NCBI GenBank assembly: GCA_963828255.1 | Contig: CAWHDZ010000008.1 | Span: 96,001 to 160,000 of the forward strand | From: an uncultured delta proteobacterium | GTDB lineage: Bacteria > Myxococcota > Myxococcia > Myxococcales > Anaeromyxobacteraceae | Direction of reading: 5' to 3' | Length of the DNA: 64,000 nucleotides | In this document: piece by piece, positions 12,338 to 22,177 of the stretch | Layout: every line of letters starts with the position of its first letter | Numbering within the stretch: the first letter of the stretch is position 1 | Notes under the pieces: model-generated | Told to the model about the DNA's origin: nothing | The model's input: only the letters and a program-made list of their open reading frames with translations | Database searches by the model: none | Program-made: the position numbers and the translations under genes

Positions 12338-13098
12338 GCGCCCTCGAGGAAGCCGGTCGCCGCGGCGGTCACGGCAGCGGGGGCCTCGGTGGCCACCATG
12401 TGCCCCGCGCCGGGAACGACCAGCATGCCCTTGCCGGGGAGCCGGTCGCGCAGGAAGGCCGCGAACTTCGGCGGCGTGAGCCGGTCCTCCTCACCAACCA
12501 CCACCAAGGTGGGCGCGCGGACCGAGCCGAGCCGCTCCATGGCGTCGAAGCCATCACAGGCGGTGAAGTCGCCGTGGAGGACGCCGGGCGCCATCCCGTC
12601 CACGTCGCGGGCCATGACCTGCCGGGCCTCGGCGGAGGCCGTTGGACCGAAGCAGGAGGCGGCCATCATCCCGGACACCTCGGCCCTGCGGGCCGGGTCG
12701 GCGGAGGCCTCGAGGCGGGCGGGCGCGATCCGCAGCCTGGCCCCGGTTCCGACGAGCAGCAGGCCCGCCACCCGCGCGGGCGCCTCCAGGGCCAGCGTGA
12801 GGGCGATGGCGCCTCCCATGGAGTGGCCCGCCAGGACGACCCGGGGGATCCCCAGTGCGTCGAGCATGCCCAGCAGGCAGGTCGCGTAGCCTGCGATGGT
12901 CGTCTCCCCGGGGGGCGGCGCCACACCGTGGCCGGGCAGGTCCACCGAGAGCACGCGGCGGCCGGGCAACTCGCGGAGCGAGGCGGGCCAGGTGCGGTGC
13001 GTGCCCCCGGCGCCGTGGACGAGGAGGAGCGGAACCCCGGCCGCCCCGTCGGGCGCGTGGTCCCAGAATGCGACGCCGCAGGCGATGCTCAGGCCCAT
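12334..13098 (-). CDS. Alpha/beta hydrolase
   Basis: HGAGG, DLPGHG, GHSMGG, D and GH triad positions. Confidence 0.9.
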   Translation of the reverse strand: MGLSIACGVAFWDHAPDGAAGVPLLLVHGAGGTHRTWPASLRELPGRRVLSVDLPGHGVAPPPGETTIAGYATCLLGMLDALGIPRVVLAGHSMGGAIALTLALEAPARVAGLLLVGTGARLRIAPARLEASADPARRAEVSGMMAASCFGPTASAEARQVMARDVDGMAPGVLHGDFTACDGFDAMERLGSVRAPTLVVVGEEDRLTPPKFAAFLRDRLPGKGMLVVPGAGHMVATEAPAAVTAAATGFLEGA

Positions 13099-14459
13099 GC
13101 GCACTCGCAGGTGAAGTGGCGAAGGTAAAGGGACTGCTTGACGATGCGCACACCGCGCACGTCCCGGGCGTTCCTCTTGACGTCGGCGATCACCTCGGCA
13201 GCGTAGTCGAAGTGACTTTGCGTGTACATCCTTCGAGGGAAGGCGAGCCGCACCAGCTCCATGGCGTGGAAGGTCTCCTCCCCGTCGTCGCACCGCCTGC
13301 CGAACATGACCGAGCCGATCTCCACGCCGCGGATCCCCCCTTCCAGATAGAGCGCGTTGGCGAGCGCCCAGGCCGGGTAGCGCTCCACCGCCATGTCGGG
13401 GAGCACCGTGCGGGCGTCGATGTAGACGGCGTGCCCCCCGGTGGGGCGAACGAAACCCACCCCCGCCTCGTCGAGCTTCTCGCCCAGGTACTCGGCGGTG
13501 CGCAGCCGGTAGCGCAGGTACTGCTCGTCGAGCACCTCCTCGAGCCCCACCGCCATGGCCTCGAGGTCCCGCCCGGCCAGGCCGCCGTAGGTGGGGAAGC
13601 CCTCGGTGAGGATGAGCATGTTGCGCACCCCCTCGAGCCACCCGTCGCTCTTCAGGGCCAGGAAGCCTCCGATGTTCACCATGCCGTCCTTCTTGGCGCT
13701 CATGGTGCAGCCGTCGGCCAGCTCGAACATCTCCCGGGCGATCCGCTTCACCGGGACGTCGGCGTAGCCCGGCTCGCGCATCTTCACGAACATGGCGTTC
13801 TCGGCGAAGCGGCAGGCGTCGAGGAGGAGCGGCTTGCCGTGGCGGTGCAGGAGGTCCGCGTAGCCGCGCAGGTTCTCCATCGACACCGGCTGCCCTCCGC
13901 CGGTGTTGTTGGTCACGGTGATCATCCCGAAGGGCACATTCTCCCCCTCGCGCTTCAGGAGATCCTCCACCCGGTCGAGGTCGATGTTCCCCTTGAACGG
14001 GTGGACCGTGGCCGGCTCGAGCCCCTCCCGGATCACCAGGTCGCGGGGCGAGGCGCCGTTCCACTCCAGCAGCGCCCGGGTGGTGTCGAAGTGGCAATTG
14101 CTCGGGACCACGTGGCCCGGCTTGCAGACCGTCCCGAAGAGGATGCGCTCGGCCGCCCTGCCCTGGTGGGTGGGCACGAAGTGGGCGTAGCCGGTGAGGT
14201 CCCGGACCACCGCCTCCAGCCGGTAGAAGCTGCGGGCCCCGGCGTAGCTCTCGTCGCCGAGCATGATGGCCGCCCACTGGCGGGTGCTCATGGCCCCGGT
14301 CCCGGAATCGGTGAGCCAGTCGAGCAGCACGTCCTCGGCCCGGAGCTGGAAGACGTTCAGCTTCGCCGCCGCGAGCAGTTCCTCCCGCTCGGCGCGGGTG
14401 GTCATGCGGATGGGCTCGACCGACTTGATCCGGAACGGCTCGATGAGCGTCTTCGGCAT
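13089..14459 (-). CDS. tnaA: Tryptophanase (beta-eliminating lyase)
   Basis: EPFRIKSVE, TDSGT, MSAKKD PLP lysine; C-terminal LRHFT (His) favours tryptophanase over tyrosine phenol-lyase (LRFFT). Confidence 0.85.
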   Translation of the reverse strand: MPKTLIEPFRIKSVEPIRMTTRAEREELLAAAKLNVFQLRAEDVLLDWLTDSGTGAMSTRQWAAIMLGDESYAGARSFYRLEAVVRDLTGYAHFVPTHQGRAAERILFGTVCKPGHVVPSNCHFDTTRALLEWNGASPRDLVIREGLEPATVHPFKGNIDLDRVEDLLKREGENVPFGMITVTNNTGGGQPVSMENLRGYADLLHRHGKPLLLDACRFAENAMFVKMREPGYADVPVKRIAREMFELADGCTMSAKKDGMVNIGGFLALKSDGWLEGVRNMLILTEGFPTYGGLAGRDLEAMAVGLEEVLDEQYLRYRLRTAEYLGEKLDEAGVGFVRPTGGHAVYIDARTVLPDMAVERYPAWALANALYLEGGIRGVEIGSVMFGRRCDDGEETFHAMELVRLAFPRRMYTQSHFDYAAEVIADVKRNARDVRGVRIVKQSLYLRHFTCECAWA

Positions 14460-14600
14460 GGGTGAGGTGTATCACCGGGGCACGCCCTGCCGGGCCCGGG
14501 GCGCGTGATTCCTCATTTAACGGGGAGGGGGCTTCCAAGTTCGCCTCCGGGCATGGCATTCCAGTGGATCCGATCGCCGCCCCGCCCGCCGGAGGATCCG

Positions 14601-17600
14601 ATGCCCGTTCGCCCGTTCCGCAAGGTCATGGCCGCCAACCGCGGCGAGATCGCCATCCGCATCTTCCGTGCCTGCACCGAGCTCGGCATCCCCACGGTCG
14701 CCATCTACTCGGAGGAGGACCGGCTCTCGCTGCACCGCTACAAGGCCGACGAGGCCTACCAGGTGGGCAAGGGCAAGAAGCCCATCGACGCCTACCTGGG
14801 CATCGACGAGATCGTCGAGCTGGCCCGCCGCGTCGGGGTGGACGCCATCCATCCCGGGTACGGCTTCCTGGCCGAGAACGCCGACTTCGCCGACGCCTGC
14901 GAGAAGGCCGGCATCGCCTTCATCGGCCCCACCGGCGAGATGATGCGCAGCCTGGGCGACAAGGTGGCCGGCCGGCGGGCCGCGGTGGCGGCCGGCGTCC
15001 CGGTGGTGCCGGGCACCCCCGAGCCCATCGTGCACGACGAGCAGGCGCTCATCTTCGCCCGCCAGCACGGCTACCCCATCATCGTGAAGGCTGCCGCCGG
15101 CGGCGGCGGGCGCGGCATGCGGGTGGCCCGCAGCCAGAAGGAGTTGCTCGAGGGGCTCGTCTCGGCGCGCAGCGAGGCCCAGGCCGCCTTCGGCAACCCG
15201 GCCGTCTTCCTGGAGCGCTACGTCGAGAACCCCAAGCACCTCGAGGTCCAGGTGATGGGCGACGCCCACGGCGGGCTCGTCCACTTCTTCGAGCGCGACT
15301 GCTCGGTGCAGCGGCGCCACCAGAAGGTGGTGGAGTTCGCCCCCTCGATGGCGCTCGACGCGGAGCAGCGGGCCGCGCTCTGCGAGGACGCCCTGCGCAT
15401 CTGCCGCCAGGTCTCCTACCGCAACGCCGGGACCATCGAGTTCCTCCTCGACGGGGAGGGGCGCCACTACTTCATCGAGGTGAACCCGCGCATCCAGGTG
15501 GAGCACACCATCACCGAGATGATCACCGGCCGGAACCTGGTCCAGACCCAGATCCGGGTGGCCCAGGGGTACCGGCTCTCCGATCCGGAGATCGGGCTCG
15601 CCACGCAGGCCGCCATCCAGATGCGCGGCTTCGCCATCCAGTGCCGCATCACCACCGAGGACCCCCAGAACGGCTTCGCCCCCGACTTCGGCACCATCAA
15701 GGCCTACCGCACCGCCGGCGGCGCCGGGGTCCGGCTCGACGCCGGCAACGGCTTCACCGGGGCCCAGATCACCCCCCACTACGATTCACTTCTGGTGAAG
15801 ATCTGCACCTGGGCGCTCACCTTCCAGGAGTCGGCGCGCATCATGCACCGCTCGCTCCAGGAGTTCCGCATCCGCGGCGTGAAGACCAACATCCCCTTCC
15901 TCGAGAAGGTGGTGACCCACCCGGTCTTCCTGACGGGGCGCGCCGACACCTCCTTCATCGACCGGCACCCCGAGCTGCTCGTCTCGGCCCGAAAGCAGGA
16001 CCGCGGCTCGAAGCTGCTCTCCTGGATCGGCGAGGTGGTGGTGAACGGCTCTCCCGGCGTCCAGAAGCCGCTCCGGCCGAGCGAGCTTCGCGACGCGCCC
16101 ATCCCGAAGGTGGACCTGGCCTCGCCCCCGCCCCCGGGCACCCGCGACATCCTGCTGGCCCGCGGGCCGGAGGGGCTGGCCGCCTGGGCCCGGGACCAGA
16201 AGGGGCTCCTCTTCACCGACACCACCATGCGCGACGCGCACCAGTCGCTGCTCGCCACCCGGGTGCGCAGCCACGACCTCCTGCGCATCGCCCCGGCCAC
16301 GGCGCGGCTCGGCGCCGGGCTCTTCAGCCTCGAGCTGTGGGGCGGCGCCACCTTCGACGTGGCCATGCGCTTCCTCCGGGAGGATCCCTGGACGCGCCTG
16401 CACCGGCTGCGCGAGGCCATCCCCAACGTCCTCTTCCAGATGCTGCTGCGCGGCTCGAACGCGGTGGGCTACACCAACTACCCCGACAACGTGGTGGAGC
16501 GCTTCGTCGAGGAGGCGGCGGACGGCGGCGTCGACGTCTTCCGGGTCTTCGACGCCCTCAACTGGACCAAGGGCATGACCGTGGCCATGGAGGCGGTGCG
16601 CCGGAGCGGCAAGGTCTGCGAGGCCGCCATGTGCTACACGGGCGACATCACCGACCCCAGGCGCGACAAGTACCCGCTCGACTACTACGTGTCGCTGGCC
16701 CGGGAGCTGGAGCGCATGGGCGCCCATTTCCTGGCGGTGAAGGACATGGCCGGGCTCATGAAGCCCATGGCGGCCCGCAAGCTCTTCACCGCGCTCAAGT
16801 CCGAGGTGGGGCTCCCGGTCCACTTCCACACCCACGACACCTCGGGCGTGGCCTCGGCCTCGGTGCTCGAGGCCGCCGCCGCCGGCGTGGACGTGGTGGA
16901 CGCCGCCCTCTCCTCCCTCTCCGGCCTGACCGCCCAGCCCAACCTGAACTCGCTCGCCGCGGCCCTCTCCGGCACGGGGCGCGACCCGGGCCTCGACCCC
17001 GCGGGCCTGCAGCGCCTGGCCGACTACTGGGAGGCGGTCCGCGAGTGGTACGCGCCCTTCGAGTCGGGGCTGCGCAGCGGGACCGCCGAGGTCTACTGGC
17101 ACGAGATTCCCGGCGGCCAGTACTCCAACTTCCGGCCGCAGGTGGCCGGGCTCGGGCTCCTCGACCGCTGGGAGGAGTGCAAGGACATGTACCGGAAGGT
17201 GAACATCCTCTTCGGGGACATCATCAAGGTGACGCCCACCTCCAAGGTGGTGGGCGACATGGCCATGTTCATGGTGAAGAACGACCTCCAGCCCGAGGAC
17301 GTTCTGGCCCGCGGCGAGGACCTGGCCTTCCCCGAGTCGGTGGTCGGGCTCATGAAGGGCATGCTGGGGCAGGCGCACGGCGGCTTCCCCAAGCGGCTCC
17401 AGGAGGTGGTGCTGAAGGGGCAGGAGCCCATCCACTGCCGGCCCGGCGAGCTGCTCGAGCCCGCCGACATGGAAGCCGAGCGGAAGAGGGCCGAGGAGAA
17501 GGTGGGGGGGCCGGTGGACGCGAAGGGGCTCGTCAGCTGGCTCCTCTACCCCAACGTCTACCCGGAGTTCCGCCGCCACCTCGACGACTACTCCGACACC

Positions 17601-18047
17601 TCGGTCATCCCCACGCCCATCTTCCTCTACGGCCTCGACCCCGGCCAGGAGACCTCGGTCGAGATCGAGCCGGGCAAGACCCTCATCATCAAGCTCAACG
17701 CGGTGGGCAGCCTGCAACCCGACGGAACCCGCAGCGTCTACTTCGAGCTGAACGGCGAGGCCCGCGCGGTGACCATCCGCGACCAGTCCGCCGTCACCAG
17801 CAAGGCGGTCCGTCCCAAGGCCGACCGGGCCAATCCCAAGCACGTGGGCGCACCCATGCCCGGCAAGGTGCTCAAGGTGAACATGATGCCGGGGTCCGCC
17901 ATCCGCGCCGGCGACGTGCTGCTCGTCACCGAGGCCATGAAGATGGAGACCAACGTGAAGCTGAAGGCCGACGCCACGGTGATCGAGGTCCGGGTCAAGG
18001 AGGGCGACAAGGTGGACAAGGACGACCTGGTGGCCGTGCTGGCCTGA
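14601..18047 (+). CDS. pyc: Pyruvate carboxylase
   Basis: ANRGEIA, HPGYGFL, RDAHQSL, HTHD, EAMKM biotin site; GGAGG ribosome-binding site. Confidence 0.97.
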   Translation: MPVRPFRKVMAANRGEIAIRIFRACTELGIPTVAIYSEEDRLSLHRYKADEAYQVGKGKKPIDAYLGIDEIVELARRVGVDAIHPGYGFLAENADFADACEKAGIAFIGPTGEMMRSLGDKVAGRRAAVAAGVPVVPGTPEPIVHDEQALIFARQHGYPIIVKAAAGGGGRGMRVARSQKELLEGLVSARSEAQAAFGNPAVFLERYVENPKHLEVQVMGDAHGGLVHFFERDCSVQRRHQKVVEFAPSMALDAEQRAALCEDALRICRQVSYRNAGTIEFLLDGEGRHYFIEVNPRIQVEHTITEMITGRNLVQTQIRVAQGYRLSDPEIGLATQAAIQMRGFAIQCRITTEDPQNGFAPDFGTIKAYRTAGGAGVRLDAGNGFTGAQITPHYDSLLVKICTWALTFQESARIMHRSLQEFRIRGVKTNIPFLEKVVTHPVFLTGRADTSFIDRHPELLVSARKQDRGSKLLSWIGEVVVNGSPGVQKPLRPSELRDAPIPKVDLASPPPPGTRDILLARGPEGLAAWARDQKGLLFTDTTMRDAHQSLLATRVRSHDLLRIAPATARLGAGLFSLELWGGATFDVAMRFLREDPWTRLHRLREAIPNVLFQMLLRGSNAVGYTNYPDNVVERFVEEAADGGVDVFRVFDALNWTKGMTVAMEAVRRSGKVCEAAMCYTGDITDPRRDKYPLDYYVSLARELERMGAHFLAVKDMAGLMKPMAARKLFTALKSEVGLPVHFHTHDTSGVASASVLEAAAAGVDVVDAALSSLSGLTAQPNLNSLAAALSGTGRDPGLDPAGLQRLADYWEAVREWYAPFESGLRSGTAEVYWHEIPGGQYSNFRPQVAGLGLLDRWEECKDMYRKVNILFGDIIKVTPTSKVVGDMAMFMVKNDLQPEDVLARGEDLAFPESVVGLMKGMLGQAHGGFPKRLQEVVLKGQEPIHCRPGELLEPADMEAERKRAEEKVGGPVDAKGLVSWLLYPNVYPEFRRHLDDYSDTSVIPTPIFLYGLDPGQETSVEIEPGKTLIIKLNAVGSLQPDGTRSVYFELNGEARAVTIRDQSAVTSKAVRPKADRANPKHVGAPMPGKVLKVNMMPGSAIRAGDVLLVTEAMKMETNVKLKADATVIEVRVKEGDKVDKDDLVAVLA

Positions 18048-18054
18048 GGACGGC

Positions 18055-19020
18055 CTACCTGGCCTTGCCGGTCACCGCCGCGAGCAGCCTCTCCAGATCC
18101 GAGGCCAGGTAGGGCTTGGGGAGCACCCCGGCGAAGCCGAACTGCCCCGGCGAGGACATCACCGCGGCGTCGAAGTGGCCGCTGCGCCTTCCGCAGCTCC
18201 TCCTCGATCCTCTCCCGCTCGGTGATGTCGAGGAGGAACACCAGCATGGCCGGGCGACCCAGGTGCTGGATGGGATGGGCCAGCTGCTCCACCTTCCGCA
18301 CCCCGCCCGGGATCACCACACGGTAGGTGATGGGCCGGACCGTCGGGCGAGGGCGGCTCGAGGGAGAGCGTCACCTCCGCCCAGAGGGTCTGGCCGTTCC
18401 TGCGGATCCCGCGCCGGACGAGGGACCCGGTCTCGGCTTCCCCGGTGCGGACCCTGCGGGCCGCCTCATCGTCCGCGGCCCGGTCCTCCGGGTGGACGAT
18501 GTCGGTCCGACGCATCCGGGCCAGTTCCCCCGCGTCGTGGCCCGTGATCTCGCAGCAGCGCAGGTCCACATGGAGGAAGCGGTCCTCGGCGTCCACCGTG
18601 AAGATGCCCGCCGGGGCGCGCTCGAAGGTCGTGCGGCAGCGCGTGAACTCGAGGGTCCAGGCCTGCTGATCCACCGGGAGGGGAATCGAGAAGGTGAGCT
18701 CGACCGGCGCGACGCCGCCCGGCCCCGGTCGCGCGCGCGCTCCGGCCTCACCCGGTAGTCCGTGAATCCCTCACCCCGGACCGACTGCTCGTGGGCGGCG
18801 AGTTCCCCAGGAGGGATCCGGATCGCGAATCCGATTCCCTGGATCTCGGCGTAGGAGTTCCCGAGGTGAAGGCCGTCGACGTAGCGGCGGAACTCCTCGC
18901 GGTTGACGCGGCTGGAAGCGGCGAAGAGCCCCACCGTGCCGCGCAGGATCTGGTCGTAGGCCTCGAACCGTTCCGCGACCTTGGTTTCGACGCGACCGGC
19001 AGCAGGCCGATCCAGCGTCG
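18055..19020 (-). pseudogene. Collapsed remnant of a CHASE-PAS hybrid histidine kinase
   Basis: Short out-of-frame pieces: CHASE (GLFAAS..IQGIGFA), PAS (TFERAPAGI..DIVHPED), DITERERIEEELRKAQ, receiver end (GFAGVLPKPY); HisKA/HATPase missing. Confidence 0.7.
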
Positions 19021-19189
19021 CTCACTTGGACGCAGGGTCAGTCCGGCCATCGCCCTCCCCCGGGCTACCGGACTCGAATCCCTGGATGATGTCACGCCCG
19101 GGCGGGCTTCCGGGGCGCCCTGGGTGGGTGCACCCTCGGCTTCCCCGACCGGTGTGGCCGGCGACACCGGAAGTCCCTATCGTGGACGG

Positions 19190-19765
19190 ATGAAGACGCC
19201 CCTTCTCGCCGCGCTCGCCGTGGCCATCGCCGGCTGCGCCACCCTCGACTCGGCCACGCAGCCCACCGTGCCGGTTCCCATGTCGCAGGTCCCTCCCGGA
19301 CGGCCGGGCCAGAACCCGGGCCTGGCGGGCGAGGTGAGCTGGGCCGACGTCTCCCGGGTCCAGGCCACGCGGGGCGCCGCCTTCGACGACTGGGCGGTGA
19401 ATGGGCCGGACTGGAAGGTCGTGCGCCGGGTGGACGGGACATGGGCGGGAACCTTCATGGGCCGGCCGGTGACGCTGGCCCCCGCGCTGGGCACCATCTC
19501 GGGCTCCGGCATCGACCTCGTCGTGGAGCGGCACGGCGCCGGGACCTGGATCACCGGGACGGTCTTCGACGCGCCGGTGAAGTTCGAGGTCTCGATCTCC
19601 AGGGTGAAGGGGTTCGCCGGTGGGAACGCCTTCGACCTCGCGCGGCAGGGGCCCGGGCAGTACGACGGCCCGTCCGGGATGCTCACGCTGCGCGGCGCCG
19701 CGGGCACCAACGCCGCCCCCATGCCGCAGGTGGCGCTGGCGCTCGTGGCCGCGCTCGTGCGCTGA
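19190..19765 (+). CDS. Hypothetical lipoprotein
   Basis: MKTPLLAALAVAIAGC lipobox. Confidence 0.75.
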   Translation: MKTPLLAALAVAIAGCATLDSATQPTVPVPMSQVPPGRPGQNPGLAGEVSWADVSRVQATRGAAFDDWAVNGPDWKVVRRVDGTWAGTFMGRPVTLAPALGTISGSGIDLVVERHGAGTWITGTVFDAPVKFEVSISRVKGFAGGNAFDLARQGPGQYDGPSGMLTLRGAAGTNAAPMPQVALALVAALVR

Positions 19766-19776
19766 CGCTGCCGCGC

Positions 19777-20460
19777 CTAGGGGGAGATGGCGAGTCCCAG
19801 GGTCAGGTCCCCCTGGACGATGGGGATGCCGGAGTTCACCGTCAGTGACGCACCGCCCGGGCCGGAGAGGAAGGTCCCGGAATTGAAGAACACCGGCATG
19901 AGGAAGCGGGCCTGGAAGCGCAGGCCGATGGCCTCGGAGATCCACCACTTCACGCCGCCGCCCAGGTTGAAGGCGAAGAGCCAGGTGTCCTGGGGCTGGA
20001 TGGTCGACGCGCCTTCCACCTGCACGTCGGACGGGCTGAACCAGGCCAGCCCCAGCCCGCCGGAGATGAAGGGCTCGAGCTTTCCCTGGGAGAAGGTCGT
20101 GAGCCCGCCCACCTGGAGGTACTGGGTGGTCACGCCGAAGGGCGGGCTGCTCGCGTAGAAGATGCTCCTGGAGTCGAAGTGCGCCCGGGGCCGGGCGAAG
20201 AGGTAGAGCACCTCCACCTGCGACTTCCCGTCCACCTGGATGCCCAGCGCCACCCCGGCGTCTGGGCCGGGGTCGAAGGACAGGGTGCCAGCCGAGGTGT
20301 TCACGCCGGAACTCCAGAAGAGGCCGCCCCATGGGGTGACCTCGATGGTCCGCGGCGAGGGCTCCTGGTACCCCTGGCGGGTGTAGGACTGGGCTCCCGC
20401 CGGGCCGGCGGCCCAGGCCAGCAGGAAGACCAGGAGCTTCGAGGCACTCCGTGGATTCAC
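19777..20460 (-). CDS. Outer-membrane beta-barrel protein
   Basis: Signal peptide, IEVTPWGG, FNLGGGVKWW..GLRFQAR; GGAGG upstream of GTG. Confidence 0.75.
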   Translation of the reverse strand: MNPRSASKLLVFLLAWAAGPAGAQSYTRQGYQEPSPRTIEVTPWGGLFWSSGVNTSAGTLSFDPGPDAGVALGIQVDGKSQVEVLYLFARPRAHFDSRSIFYASSPPFGVTTQYLQVGGLTTFSQGKLEPFISGGLGLAWFSPSDVQVEGASTIQPQDTWLFAFNLGGGVKWWISEAIGLRFQARFLMPVFFNSGTFLSGPGGASLTVNSGIPIVQGDLTLGLAISP

Positions 20461-20553
20461 GCGGTGTCGCCCTCCGGACGCCGAGTGTAGTGCCCCGGCG
20501 CCACCTGTCACGAACCATGACGGACCCCGCTCCCTGCGTGTAGGATCCCCCGG

Positions 20554-20793
20554 ATGTCCTGCCCCGCCTGCGGCTCCCCGAGGGTGCGTCCCTCCCGACC
20601 CAGGGGCGGGCGCGAGACCTTCCTCCGGCTCTGGACCATGACCCGGTACCACCAGTGCCGGGAGTGCGGATGGCGCGCGCGCCTTCCCAGGACCACGCGC
20701 GACGCAGGGAGCGATCCCCCCGACCTTCGCTTCTGGACCGTGGCGGTCCTCGTGGCGCTGGGATTCGTCTACGTGCTCTTCCGGGCCGGCTGA
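20554..20793 (+). CDS. Small Zn-ribbon protein with C-terminal membrane anchor
   Basis: CPACGS...CRECG followed by a hydrophobic helix. Confidence 0.6.
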   Translation: MSCPACGSPRVRPSRPRGGRETFLRLWTMTRYHQCRECGWRARLPRTTRDAGSDPPDLRFWTVAVLVALGFVYVLFRAG

Positions 20794-20815
20794 GGGCGCC
20801 GGCCGGTGTGCGACC

Positions 20816-21142
20816 TCAGCCGCGCTGCCGCAGGAGCCCCAGCAGTCCGGCCATGATCCCGCGCTCCTCCGGGCCCGCGACGGCGTCGATCTCCCCCCGG
20901 TCGAGGAAGACGCCACCGCAGGCGAAGCAGACGTCCGCCTGCACGCCCCGGTAGGCCACCTCCTGGAGTTCCAGTCCGCACTTGGGGCACCGCATGTGGT
21001 GGAGCACGCGCAGCCGCTCCCTCTCCGCGAGCTCGGTCGAGAGCCGCACCTGGAGGGCCAGCTTCCGCTTCTTCTCCGCGTCCTCGCGCGCGAAGAACTC
21101 CTCCTCCGCGAGATTCGTCTTCATCGACTTGGCATCTGCCAT
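20816..21142 (-). CDS. zf-TFIIB domain protein
   Basis: EEEFF, MRCPKCG, CFACGGVFLDRGE. Confidence 0.85.
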   Translation of the reverse strand: MADAKSMKTNLAEEEFFAREDAEKKRKLALQVRLSTELAERERLRVLHHMRCPKCGLELQEVAYRGVQADVCFACGGVFLDRGEIDAVAGPEERGIMAGLLGLLRQRG

Positions 21143-21191
21143 GGCGTGTTCTCCTCTGGTGAACGTGGGTTCGTGGACTTCGGTGTCGAGG

Positions 21192-22085
21192 TCAGCCGTG
21201 CTGCGGGCGGCGGGGGGCGGCGCCGCGGACGAGGTGGTTGCCCGGGGTCTCGAGCGCCAGCGCGCGCAGGCGGCGGACGCGTTCCTCGGCCGGCGGGTGC
21301 GTGGAGAAGAGCCGGGTGAGGCCGGAGAGCGCCCCGAAGGGGTTCACGATGTAGAGGCTGGCGGTGGCCGGCTCGGCCTGGGCGGGAACCTGCTCGGCCT
21401 CCCGGTGCAGCTTCTCGAGGGCGCTGGCCAGGGCCAGGGGGTCGCCGCTGAGCCGGGCGCCGGTCTCGTCGGCCAGGTACTCGCGGGACCGGGAGATGCC
21501 CAGCTGGACGAGGGTGGCCCCGATGGGGGCGACCAGCGCGAAGAGCAGTCCCGAGCCGCCGGACCCCTCCTCCTCGCCATCGCGGCCGCCGAGCAGGCCG
21601 GAGAAGGCGAAGACGCTGCCGAGGTGGCTCACCGCGGTGGCCAGCCCGGCCGCGACCGTGGCCACCAGCACGTCGCGGTTGGCGACGTGGGCGATCTCGT
21701 GGGCCAGCACGCCCCGCACCTCGCGGGGTCCGAGGACCTCGAGCAGGCCACGGGTCACGGCCACGGCCGCCTTCTCGGGGTTCCGGCCGGTCGCGAAGGC
21801 GTTGGCGTACGGGGCGTCGATGAGGAGGACGCGCGGCTTCGGCAGCCCTGCCCGTGTGGAGAGCTCCTCCACCATCCGGTGCAGCTCGGTCTCCTCCTCG
21901 CGCGAGACCTCCCGCGCGCCCGACATGCGCAGCACCAGCCGGTCGGAGAAGAACCAGGCGAACAGGTTCATGCCGAGCGCCAGCGCGAGCGCCCCCCACA
22001 TCCACTGCGGGCCCAGGGCGGCCCCGGCGGCGACGACCAGCGCCGAGAGCGCGCCGAGGAGAAGGATGGTCTTCAGCTGGTTCAT
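21192..22085 (-). CDS. htpX: Zn metalloprotease HtpX (M48)
   Basis: NAFATGR, HEIAH, SRSREYLAD, STHPP. Confidence 0.93.
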   Translation of the reverse strand: MNQLKTILLLGALSALVVAAGAALGPQWMWGALALALGMNLFAWFFSDRLVLRMSGAREVSREEETELHRMVEELSTRAGLPKPRVLLIDAPYANAFATGRNPEKAAVAVTRGLLEVLGPREVRGVLAHEIAHVANRDVLVATVAAGLATAVSHLGSVFAFSGLLGGRDGEEEGSGGSGLLFALVAPIGATLVQLGISRSREYLADETGARLSGDPLALASALEKLHREAEQVPAQAEPATASLYIVNPFGALSGLTRLFSTHPPAEERVRRLRALALETPGNHLVRGAAPRRPQHG

Positions 22086-22177
22086 CGTGCTTCCTCCGTG
22101 TGCGGCGATCCGTCGCCGGCAGGGAGAAAGGTAAGGGCCCGCAATCCTGCGGCCATCACGAAATGTCTACGTATGAT

